The notes under the pieces: generated by a model
The model's database searches: none
The model's input: the letters and a program-made list of their open reading frames with translations, nothing else
What the model was told of the DNA's origin: nothing
Translations under genes and position numbers: made by a program
In this document: piece after piece, positions 1 through 15,319 of the stretch
Layout of the letters: every line of letters starts with the position of its first letter
Numbering within the stretch: the first letter of the stretch is position 1
DNA from: Eledone cirrhosa
Taxonomy: Eukaryota
Length of the DNA stretch: 64,000 bases
Direction: 5' to 3'
Assembly (NCBI GenBank): GCA_964016885.1
Contig: OZ024745.1
Coordinates: forward strand, 24,862,001-24,926,000

Positions 1-77
1 GATATTTTAAGGTTGATGTTTATTTCATGTGCTTTTTTTTTAAGTTATTGATGCGTGTTGTTGTCGTTGATGTAGTT

Positions 78-625
78 GTGGTGGTGGTGGTGGTGGTGGT
101 GGTGGTGGTGGTGGCGGTGGTGGTGGTGGTAGTGGTGGTGGTGGTAGTGGTGGTGGTGATGGTGGTGGTAGTGGTGGTGGTGGTAGTGGTGGTGGTGATG
201 GTGGTGGTGGTGGTGGTAGTGGTGGTGGTGGCGGTGGTGGTGGTGGTGGTGGTGGTGGTGGTGGTGGTGGCGGTGGTGGTGGTGGTAGTGGTGGTGGTGG
301 TAGTGGTGGTGGTGATGGTGGTGGTGGTGGCGGCGGTGGTGGTGGTAGTGGTGGTGGTAGTGGTGGTGGTGATGGTGGTGGTGGTGGCGGCGGTGGTGGT
401 GGTGGTGGAGGTGGTGGTGGTGGTGATGGTTGTGGTGGTGGTAGTTGTGGTGGTGGTAGTGGTGGTGGTGGTGGTGGTGTGGTGGTGGTGGTGGTGGTGG
501 TAGTAGTGGCGATGGTGGCGGTGGTTGTGGTGGTGGAGGTGGTGGTGTGGGTGGTGGTGGTGGTGGTGGTGGTAGTAGTGGCGATGGTGGCGGTAGTTGT
601 GGTGGTGGTGATGGTAGGTGGTTGT
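78..625. repeat. (GGT)n microsatellite, degenerate
   Basis: Direct reading; explains the poly-V and poly-P ORFs. Confidence 0.97.
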
Positions 626-659
626 CGTGGTAGTGGAGAAAGTACAGGTTTTAATAGTA

Positions 660-1270
660 TCGTAGAGTAGTGTAACATAGTGTAGTGTGGTGTAGTGTAG
701 TGTAGTGTAGTGTAGTGTAGTTTAATGTAATGTAGTGTGATGTAGTGTAGTGTAGTGTAGAGTATTGTAGTGTAGTGTAGTATAGTATAGTGTAGTATAG
801 TATAGTATAGTATAATGTAGTGTAGTGTATTTTATTGTAATGTAGTGTAGTGTAGTATAGTGTTGAGTACTGCATTGTATTGTACCGTAGTATAGTGTAG
901 TGTAATGTAGTGTAGTTTAATGTATTGTAGTGTAGTGTAGTATAGTATAGTGCAGCATAGTATAGTTTAGTGTTGTGTAGTGTATTGTAGTATGGTGTAG
1001 TGTAGTGTGGTATAATGTATTGTAGTGTAGTGTATTATAGTGTAATGTAGTGTAGTATAAGGAAGTGGTGTAGGAAGTGTAGTATAATGTAGTTTAATGT
1101 TGTGTAGTGTGGTTTGATGAAGTGTCGTGTAATGTAGTGTAGTGTAATGTAGTGTAATGTAGTGTTGGTTGTGTAGTGTTGTGTAGTGTAGTGTAATGTA
1201 GTGTAATGTAGTGTTGTGTAGTGTAGTGTAATGTAGTGTAATGTAGTGTAGTATATTGTAGTGTGGTGTA
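660..1270. repeat. (GTAGT)n pentanucleotide microsatellite
   Basis: Tandem gtagt/gtaat/atagt units. Confidence 0.95.
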
Positions 1271-1300
1271 AAGCAGTATTATGCGATGTAGCATTGCGTG

Positions 1301-1392
<92 letters not shown>

Positions 1393-1591
1393 GAGAAGAA
1401 AGAAGAATACTGCGTGGTTGCACATGGGTTACATATGATAAAATTAGTCCCTCGTCAGTGATCTTCCAACCTTCATTGGTATTTCATCGCATTAAAAATC
1501 ATATAGCTCAGATTGGTGCGAGCAATAACTAAAAAAGTTATTGGGACCAGTAAATCGCGTAAAGCGAGGGGGACAAGTAAACAACATAGAA

Positions 1592-1634
<43 letters not shown>

Positions 1635-1636
<2 letters not shown>

Positions 1637-1818
1637 GAAGGAATTGTGTTGAGGAACCAGGGGGACCATAACGCACCAGAGTACTCAATACTTAGGGGTA
1701 GTAGAGTGGGTGAGAGGAAAATGTTCAAGACCCCAACGGCAGAGCTCAAGCCGTTTCGACGGCTATTTCTGGACGTCGAAACCGCTTGAGCTCTGCCGTC
1801 GAGGTCTTGAACATTTTC

Positions 1819-1819
<1 letters not shown>
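1635..1819 (-). mobile_element. Short PLE-like 3'-terminal fragment with fold-back (family C)
   Basis: Homologous to 22890-23080, 28566-28708, 28751-28892 and 47388-47584; flanked by (TA)n; contains HHR half-core GAAA-CGGC..GCCG-UC. Confidence 0.7.
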
Positions 1820-1849
<30 letters not shown>

Positions 1850-1868
1850 GAGGTATCCACAGTAAGTT

Positions 1869-1914
<46 letters not shown>

Positions 1915-2040
1915 AAGTTTTATTTAAATTGTTGGGTTACAACGAGTAAATATTTATAACTGATATAAAAGCACTCAACAAGTATTTGGAGTATATTTAC
2001 GATATTAAATAAATGGAAACTATATTTATAAAACCATATT

Positions 2041-2106
2041 TATTTCATTATATATATTTCAGGGATATCATATTAAAAATATGGTATGCCTTCTTCAGAC
2101 AAAATA
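2041..2106 (-). ncRNA. Minimal type I hammerhead ribozyme (family A)
   Basis: Reverse complement of 2323-2388. Confidence 0.75.
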
Positions 2107-2322
2107 CAATATAAACAGTCTTATAAATAGATAGATTTGACATATTTCTCTCTCTATTTCTCTCTCTATTTAGTTGCATGCATTTCTTCTTTTTCTTCGC
2201 TTTTTTCTTTCTTTCTTTTTATAACTGTCCCTAACATTTTTCACTACCAAATCAACTTTTTAAATGGAAGTTGAAGTTGTAAGGTATGTCAAATCTATCT
2301 ATTTATAAGACTGTTTATATTG

Positions 2323-2388
2323 TATTTTGTCTGAAGAAGGCATACCATATTTTTAATATGATATCCCTGAAATATATATAATGAAATA
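2323..2388 (+). ncRNA. Minimal type I hammerhead ribozyme (family A)
   Basis: uauuuugu-CUGAAGA(2331)-stem II agg..ccu-GAAA(2369)-uauaua-UA-augaaaua; 8-bp stem I with two GU pairs. Confidence 0.78.
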
Positions 2389-2428
2389 AATATGGTTTTA
2401 TAAATATAGTTTCCATTTATTTAATATC

Positions 2429-2490
<62 letters not shown>

Positions 2491-2508
2491 AAGAAGCGCG
2501 TGAGTCAC

Positions 2509-2886
2509 AAATAATTGTTTCTACTTTTGACACAAGGCCAGCAATTATTACAGTGCATTACTGGTACTTTATTTTATCGACCCCGTAAGGATGAAATGCA
2601 AAGTTAACCTCGGCGGGATTTGAACGCAGACCATAAAGGGCCGTAACTCTTTGTTGTAAAGCATGGCGTTCGCCCCTCTACCGATACTGCCAATCCACTA
2701 TGAATATTGTTTCTACTTTTGGCACAAGGCCAGCAATTATTCCAGTGTATTACTGGTACTTTATTTTATTGACCGCGTAAGGATGAAAGGAAAAGTTAAC
2801 CTCGGCGGGATTTGAACTAAGAATGACAAAGACCGTAACTCTATGCGTCAAAGCATGGTGTCCGATACTCTACCGATACTACCAAT
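2509..2886 (-). mobile_element. Two tandem tRNA-derived SINEs
   Basis: On -: B box gttcaaatcc, central ttcatccttacggggtcgataaaataaagtaccag box, tail agtagaaacaattatt; same family as 45408. Confidence 0.9.
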
Positions 2887-3381
2887 GATATTGTAAATTT
2901 GGCAACAGATACAACAAAAGCCAGGTACAAAGACTGGGGCGGATTAATAAGAAACGAGATGTTATTTAGAGGATACAATAATGTAACATGAAAAAAGGTA
3001 ATTCCTTGATGACAGGCTGTCGAAAGAGACAGCTTCAACTCCTACTGACAATATGGCGGGGTATACAGGTACACAGAATCCAGGAGTGTTTTAGAGGATG
3101 AAGAACAAAACAAAAATACATACTATACGGAATGTAGATATGAACGATAGAGTAAACGAAGCAAACGAAATAAAAACTTACGTGTAATTACATAGCGAGG
3201 ACAAAATAAATAAATAAATAAATAGATAGATAAATAACTTAATAAATAACTGTTCGCCATTTAAATCGAACAATGTTTGACGAAGGACGGATTTGGTTAG
3301 TTAGAGTATTCTAAACAAAAAAGCAATGCATATGTGTAAGTCCAATTCGACAGCCGATGAACATATATATATACACCATAT

Positions 3382-3458
<77 letters not shown>

Positions 3459-3462
<4 letters not shown>

Positions 3463-3580
3463 GGTCCCGGGTTGAGTCGGGGATAACCACAGTAAGTAAG
3501 GTACTCAATACATGGCAGAGTAAAATATATTTATTGTATAGAAGGAGCTTCTACAGGACTAGTACTGTTTCATTCAGATG
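3459..3580 (-). mobile_element. PLE pseudo-LTR 3' remnant (family D)
   Basis: Between (TA)n runs; - strand reads gaaacagtactagtcctgtagaag; related pieces at 21975-22060 and 24634-24670. Confidence 0.55.
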
Positions 3581-3613
3581 AATATATATAAATATATATA
3601 TGGTTTATATGGC

Positions 3614-3713
<100 letters not shown>

Positions 3714-4199
3714 ATATATATATACACCATATATATTTTTTTATATATTCTAATATATTATAGTATAAATAAAGTTTCATACACTTAATAGTCTGGAAAG
3801 GAAGCGAGAGAATGGAAGAAACATACTGTAAAGCATGTGATGAGAGATGAGAGAAGTATATTTAATGCTAGGCTTAAATAGGTGATACTTCCTCAACCAC
3901 GCGAAATCATGTTAGCTAGAAGGAAGCTGACGAAGTAATTACCACTCTAGCTTCTTCAGCTTTTCTCCATATCAATGTTTACTCTATCGTTCTAATTCCC
4001 GTTTTTCTTCTGATCACTTTCTTTATACCTCTCTCATTTCTCATCACATGATTTCCACTCTGTTTCTGCCATTCTCTCCTTTCCTTTCTGGTCGTTCTTC
4101 CGTTTGTAAGAGGTTATATTTTAGCCCGACTGTTTGCTATTCATAATAGGACCTGGCTGTTTTACAGCTATTTCAGAGTTTGAGATTCCAACAATTTTA

Positions 4200-8527
<4,328 letters not shown>

Positions 8528-8599
8528 CATTAGTATTATTATTATTAATGCGATATATTGGCAGGGTCTTTACAGTATTTGTGGTAGAGGGAAGGTAAC

Positions 8600-8845
8600 T
8601 CCGGAATTCATATATAGACTGGGTTTTTCTACTATCCTCCTTTACTTTCCATACATGCTTCGCCAGAGTTGTTGATGATTTCATTTTAGAATGTCTAAAG
8701 GTCGAAGTATGCAAATAAAACCTTTGCTTGAACGTATCTTTTACTAAGCCTATATATCTTGTCTTGCCCTTTGTTTGGTTGGTTTTTCTCAGGTGTAACT
8801 TCTGCTTTTGATACAATCGAATTTAGGTTGCAAGCATGTGTCCGT
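8600..8845 (-). pseudogene. Decayed PLE GIY-YIG endonuclease fragment
   Basis: [35 protein letters not shown] aligns by eye with TYVGSTSNCFKIRYNSHIHSFKK..STSLSSYIHFLK in the 29998 ORF. Confidence 0.8.
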
Positions 8846-8868
8846 GTAAGTGTCTGTGTGTCCGTGTG

Positions 8869-8988
<120 letters not shown>

Positions 8989-9183
8989 AGTATATATACA
9001 AATACGTGACTGTTGGCCTCTACGACACTAATCTGAGTTTCAACGTTCGTACGTTTCATTCAGACGTCGAAATATGACGGAAATAACATTCATCGTAAAC
9101 CGAAGACGATACTGGAATGCGTCAGTCTCGCAAGCTGACACAGGTCCCGTGTAGCTTAAATATAAATTAAATGATTAGTCAAC

Positions 9184-9350
9184 CAGTATCGGTAGAGAGT
9201 CGGACGCCATGCTTTCCAGCATAGTTACGTCCCTTTACGATCTGAGTTCAAATCCCGCCAAGGTTGACTTTGCCTTTCATCCTTACGGGGTCAATAAAAT
9301 AAAGTACCAGTAATGCACTGGGTGGCCTTGTGCCTAAAGTAGAAACAATT
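9184..9350 (+). mobile_element. tRNA-derived SINE
   Basis: B box gagttcaaatcc, central box and tail as in 45408. Confidence 0.9.
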
Positions 9351-9936
9351 AAATTACGATGACCGTATAATTCACGATTGCAAATAAAATAGTTCGTTCA
9401 AAGAAAGTAATTGGGGTTGAAAATTGAAATTATTAAAAGGAATAATTAAAACAGTTAGTTCAAGAGAAGTAATCAAGGTTGGGAATTGAAAATAAATAGT
9501 TAAAGGAATACTCCCGGGTAAAATTGTTTTTTAATTGAAATTCAATTATATTAATAATTTAAATTATTAAAGGGACGTAATTAAAAGGGATAACTTAAAT
9601 ACTACCAGATGGAACAGTAGTGTTCATTCAAAAGGAATGAATTTTAGGGGAAATAATTCAAAAGAAATGACTAATAAAACTGGTAAATGAAACTGGTTAA
9701 TATAAAAGGGACTAATTAATGTTGATTTTCATGCAATATCTTTGCTATTAATTTTCATATAATTACCCAGTAACTTGGAATATCAATGATACGTTTATTG
9801 AAGGTCAGGTAAGCAGACTCAGAATCGGTTGGAAGCAGATGTAATTCCTGATTCTGATCAGGGATTACGGACTCAAATGTTTCAAGATTAAGTACATATA
9901 CATTTGTGAAAGTTATATATACAGACATATATATAA

Positions 9937-10077
<141 letters not shown>

Positions 10078-10102
10078 ATATTATATATATATACATATAT
10101 AC

Positions 10103-10221
<119 letters not shown>

Positions 10222-10249
10222 CATATATATATATATATATAAGCAATGA

Positions 10250-10574
10250 GTTATTTAATTTGTTGGTTATTCAACAAATTTATTTTATAACAGATTCGAA
10301 ACACGCTCCAGATTTCTTCTGGAATATAATATCAATAATATTAATAAATGGAAACTATCTTTATAAAACCATGTTCATCCTAAGATTTGAAATTCTTTTT
10401 CACTATTCAAACAGAACTTAAAACGATAAGTTCTTGTTTTGGATATGTCACTATCTGTAAAACAACTTTTGTATTTTATCTGATGAGGGCGTACCAAAAA
10501 TGTTGATACCCTTCAAATATATATAATAAAATAAATATGGTTTTATAAAGATAGTTTCCATTTATTAATATTAT

Positions 10575-10580
<6 letters not shown>
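10250..10580. mobile_element. Family A pseudo-LTR copy with a mutated HHR (10472-10533, +)
   Basis: tattttat-CTGATGA(10480)-gggcgtacc..gataccctt-CAAA-tatata-TA-ataaaata; GAAA is changed to CAAA. Confidence 0.75.
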
Positions 10581-10602
<22 letters not shown>

Positions 10603-10607
<5 letters not shown>

Positions 10608-11250
10608 AATATAAATTAGTGAGAATCGTATTTCGGCTTTGGAATTAGCGAAAAACAACTTCCGAGATGTGTGGCAAGCGCTCAATAATTCTGACGAACC
10701 AGAGCTACAACATAGGTTAAAGGCCAAACACACTGAGGTGATGGTTAAACCGTCATCTGCACAACCATAGAAACGACCAAGTAATTCGGGTCAAACAAAT
10801 AAAAAAATGTGTCATTGAAAAAATTTACCCGGACCCCTGGATGGTTGGTAAAATCCAGCATTTGGGTTTCTGCGACTCCTAAATCAAGTACTGTCCGCTT
10901 AGACAAATAATGTTAGGCTTCTGGTAAGATGATTGAACAAGGAAGTCACTTTCTCAACAGGTTTTAGTTCAAGTGCCAGGCAAAGGAATGACCGTTATCG
11001 ATACCCACGTGGGTCTCGACAAGGGAGGCAACCCTTATTTTTGGCGGATGAAATTCAGTATGTGTATATTATTGCAAAAATGCAAAATATCACAAAACGA
11101 ATTAAGCTCTCAACAGAATGGTTATAAGTTAACAAAAGCTATTCATCAGTCAATAGAATCAACTAAAAAAATCAAGAAAATTAACTGGTCAATAGCTAGA
11201 CTCTGGAGATTAATACAAATATAAATTAGCGAGAATCGTATTTCGGCTTT
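10603..11250. mobile_element. Unclassified 610-bp unit with a 38-bp terminal direct repeat, between (TA)n runs
   Basis: 10603-10640 equals 11213-11250 with one mismatch. Confidence 0.55.
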
Positions 11251-11269
11251 AAAAAAATATGTGATTGAA

Positions 11270-11347
<78 letters not shown>

Positions 11348-11456
11348 GTGGAAAAGTAAGAAATCGGAGTTAGTACCTTCTGTATACGCTATTTGGCAAA
11401 TAACTACATGTATCACCTATCCCTCCCTTTTTTTTCTCTCTCTCGATACGTAAATA

Positions 11457-11548
<92 letters not shown>

Positions 11549-11594
11549 TAGGACGGGTAAAATTCCCGAGATCCATGGACAAGTTCCTTGGTAG

Positions 11595-11890
11595 TGAGGT
11601 GGTGGTGGTGGTGGCGGTGGTGGTAATGGTGGTGGTAGCGGTGGTGGTGTCGGTGGTGGTAGCAGTGGTGGTGGTGGTAGCAGTGGTGGTGGTGGTGGTA
11701 GTAGCAGTGGTGGTGTCGGTGGTAGTGGTGGTGGTGGTGGTTGTGGTGTCGGTGGTGGTTGCGATGGTGGCGTCGGTGGTGGTAGCAGCAGTGGTGGTGG
11801 TGGTAGCAGTGGTGGTAGTGGTGGTGGCGGTAGTGGTGGTAGTGCTGGTGGTGGTGGTAGTGGTGGTGGTGGCAGTAGTAGTAATGGTGC
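11595..11890. repeat. (GGT)n microsatellite
   Basis: Direct reading. Confidence 0.95.
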
Positions 11891-12796
11891 GTGTTTGTAT
11901 GTGTTATAACAGTTTCCACCTCCTCACTAAACTTACCAATTACGTCCCACCCGAAAACTTCTATTTGAATTGTTGTTATTTTATTTTGTTCTTTTGTTTA
12001 TTTGTTTCCCTTTTTAACTTTTTTTCTTTTCAACTCCTCATGTAATTTATGTATTCTCAGGCGGCAACAAGAAGAAGAATGAGAAAACATTGAACAACAC
12101 TCTTCAGCAGCCACAATAGCAACACAAATAGCAACAGCAACAATAATAGTAACAATAACAATAAAGACAACACGTATATTTAGATAATGGTTGATATTAA
12201 GGTGACTCCATCTCTCGCCTTTTGTAGAACTTCAAAGAAAATACGTGCATAAGACACGTCTCATCATTTGGGTTCCGTTGGGACTGAAATATTGCGAATG
12301 GTAGACTTTAAATAAATGGTGTTGAAGTAAGAAAAAGAGGATTTTTGCAAACTACAACATAACTGAAAACGTTAAGGTGAGAATGATAGGTGATGTCAGA
12401 CACATTTACTCCCGTCGTGGTCGATATGTACTGCAACTAATATATTTGACTGATAACATTCCGAATTGAGAACGTCGTCTAAAGAGTGCATGGTAGACAT
12501 TTATAGACATAAGATTCGGTAAAATTCTGAAGAAAACTATTCAGAATAACTTTAACTTTGAGAGGGTTGTGTTTAGATCTCATCACCTGTCTTATCATGT
12601 CTTCAAACTCGGAATATACAAAAGGTGTGGTATGTTATGGTCTCGTAACTCATGAGAGTGTCGTAGGGGTGCCGTAGTGGCATAGGGCATTTCTTGGACA
12701 TTTTAAGACTGGCGGAGCCCATCTCCTCTGCCTATCTGAACCAATTTCTTCCAGGGAAGAATAGAGTTAGAGAATGGAAGTGAGAAGGAGATATAG

Positions 12797-12962
12797 AGGA
12801 ATAATCGATCCCAGTACTAGACTGGTACTTTTTTTATCGACCTCGAATGGATGAAGGGTAAAGTTGACCTCGGCAGGATTTGAACTGAGAGAGTAGAGAG
12901 CCGAAACGAATACCACAAATCATTCCATCCGACTTTCTAACGACTCCAACAATTCGCCGCCT
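12797..12962 (-). mobile_element. tRNA-derived SINE, second subfamily
   Basis: Reverse-strand B box (ggatttgaact) and central box; homologous to 42281-42546. Confidence 0.85.
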
Positions 12963-13399
12963 TCATATACGAATAAGCCACTTGAAAAAAAACATGTTAA
13001 TGAATTAACCGAAACATGTCCATTAAATGTCTCTTTAGCAAACACAGAGTAGAAATTTAAGCCCCGATCCCTTACAAAATAATAGTAAAAGTTGGTTTTT
13101 GAAACATAATACTATAACCGAACTCAGTATCCTAGAATGTACTTTAAGCAAATGCATACTAAGCAGTTATGACCGACAAACCGATAATAGAAATCTAAGC
13201 CCTACTCCTTAAAAATAATAGAAAATTAGTCTTTGAAACTTAATTTTTTAATCTTAATATTGCACAGTTAATCTCGTCAAATACATAGTGAAATTAGACT
13301 TTTACAATATCACTTTAAAAATACCGTTGAAAATTGCACTGACAGGCTGGTTAGAGTGCTGAATTAAATCATCACCATTTTAGTCAACACTCAGGTCTC

Positions 13400-14300
13400 C
13401 GAGTTCAGCATTTGAATGTCACATCATATCTCTCCGACATCTACTGATTATCAAGCATAGAAAACCAGCCATAGAACAAACTTATCTGCAAGAAGTAGAT
13501 AACATCGTGAGAGTTGGAGAGAAATATTCCCTGAATGATGACCAAAATCCCAGTCCCAGGGAAATTGCACTGCAATACAGCAACAATTCAACGGATGAAC
13601 AGATATATGCATGGCTATGTTGTCAGAAAGCTTCAAAGTGAGAGCAATATAGATAATCAAAATAGTCTATATTGGACCAACAACCGATATATTGGCTCTG
13701 ACTTTGAATGTGTTTTGCAATCCAGGAACAAGAAATATGTGATGTCCAAGAGTGATAGAGATGCTGGTGACACACCTAGATGCGACAACACATGCAGACT
13801 ATGGAATAAACATCAAGGGTGCCCCCTACATCATAAGCAGCTGTTAGAAGATGTCATCAAGATACTATCAACGAGGCATGATGTGACCAAAACACTATAC
13901 AATGCTATCCATAGAAAGGAATGGTCCTATGATAAAAATATAAAAGGTAACAGAACACAGACACATACATAATATGGAAAAAATACTAGTGGAATGTTGC
14001 TGTCAAAATCCTGGTAAAATGTAAGCATAGAAGACCAGATATAATGATAGGGGACTAAGAAAGCGTGTGCAGTAGTGGATCTGGTATGCCGAACTAATGA
14101 GGAACCTGCAAATACTCAACCATAACTATACCTTTTGATTTGTAACTGAGATCATTGAGGCGCTTGGGTGTATAACTAACTGCCTAAGCGTATAAGAAAT
14201 TGGGTTTCACAGAAGCAGAAAGAATACGACAAATTAGAAAATTACAAGTGTAGTCCATAAATGGAACTATAAAAATATATAAAACATTCCAGAAATTTAG
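13400..14300 (+). pseudogene. Decayed 3' part of a restriction-like-endonuclease LINE (R4/Dong-like)
   Basis: Frame-shifted motifs CRL.., TRHDV, WN..KHRRPDIMI, IIEALG, GTIKI.KTF, typical of the zinc-knuckle/RLE C-terminus. Confidence 0.65.
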
Positions 14301-14775
14301 CACGTAATAACTGCATATGCACACGTATAGATATAAACACATATGTATATGTGAAGATATAACTCAAAACATACACATGCAAACATGCAATGACATCCGC
14401 AACAGTATACACACACACACGCACGCACACACACACATACACTCACATATACACACGCATAGTTGATGTCTAAATTCTAATGACAGTCTTGTTTGTTAGA
14501 AATCGTCTCTCTCTGTCTCCCACTCACTCTGTATCTGCCCCTCACTCTCTCTTTCTCTCTCCCTCTCTCTCTCTATTTGAGAGACATTTTAAAAAATTCA
14601 GATAGAAGAACATCCATCCATACATACATACATCAATCCATCCATACATACATACATACATCAATCCATACATACCTACATACAGCCATCCATCTATCCA
14701 CACATCCATCCATCCATACATACATACATACATACATACATACATACATACATACATACATACATACATACATAC

Positions 14776-15030
14776 ATGATGGCTGCCCCCTCGTTATCGA
14801 GTATGGCTATTGCATGATATTCCATTATTAATAATTATTAATTAATTCTATCGTGCAATGCCTGTGCATGAAGATATTTTTTAAAGTGAGGAAAGACTGT
14901 GCACTGAACCAATCCCACTCTCTGAGCAACAGTAGCTATAACCCGAAAAGAAGAAAAGATCAACATCATCGGTAACTACTGAGCCGCAGGTTTTATATCG
15001 GAGTCATCCCAGTTTCCTGAGTTGCCTTCT
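14776..15030 (-). mobile_element. Internally deleted derivative of the adjacent RTE (5'UTR fused to 3' end)
   Basis: 14826-15030 matches 18960-19160; 14776-14814 matches 15079-15117; (ATGT)n tail. Confidence 0.85.
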
Positions 15031-15075
15031 CATACATACATAAATACATACATACATACATACATACATACATAC

Positions 15076-15143
15076 ATGATGATGGCTGCCCCCTCGTTAT
15101 CGAGTATGGCCATTGCACAATAAAAAAAAAAAAAAAAAAAAAA

Positions 15144-15198
<55 letters not shown>

Positions 15199-15277
15199 GC
15201 AATAATAATAATAACGACAACAACAATAATAATATACATATTCATATATATATACACACACACGCACGCACATAAGC

Positions 15278-15319
<42 letters not shown>

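Larger units (their letters stand above)
1913..2430. mobile_element. PLE pseudo-LTR-like element (family A) with ~145-bp inverted arms, each carrying an HHR
   Basis: ~2000-2143 is the reverse complement of ~2285-2430; bounded by (TA)n; homologous to the 10250, 24690 and 25245 copies. Confidence 0.8.

Noticed and set aside
3003-3035. Hammerhead-like ttgatga-caggctgtc-gaaa
   Set aside because: C3 is missing and there is no convincing stem I or stem III
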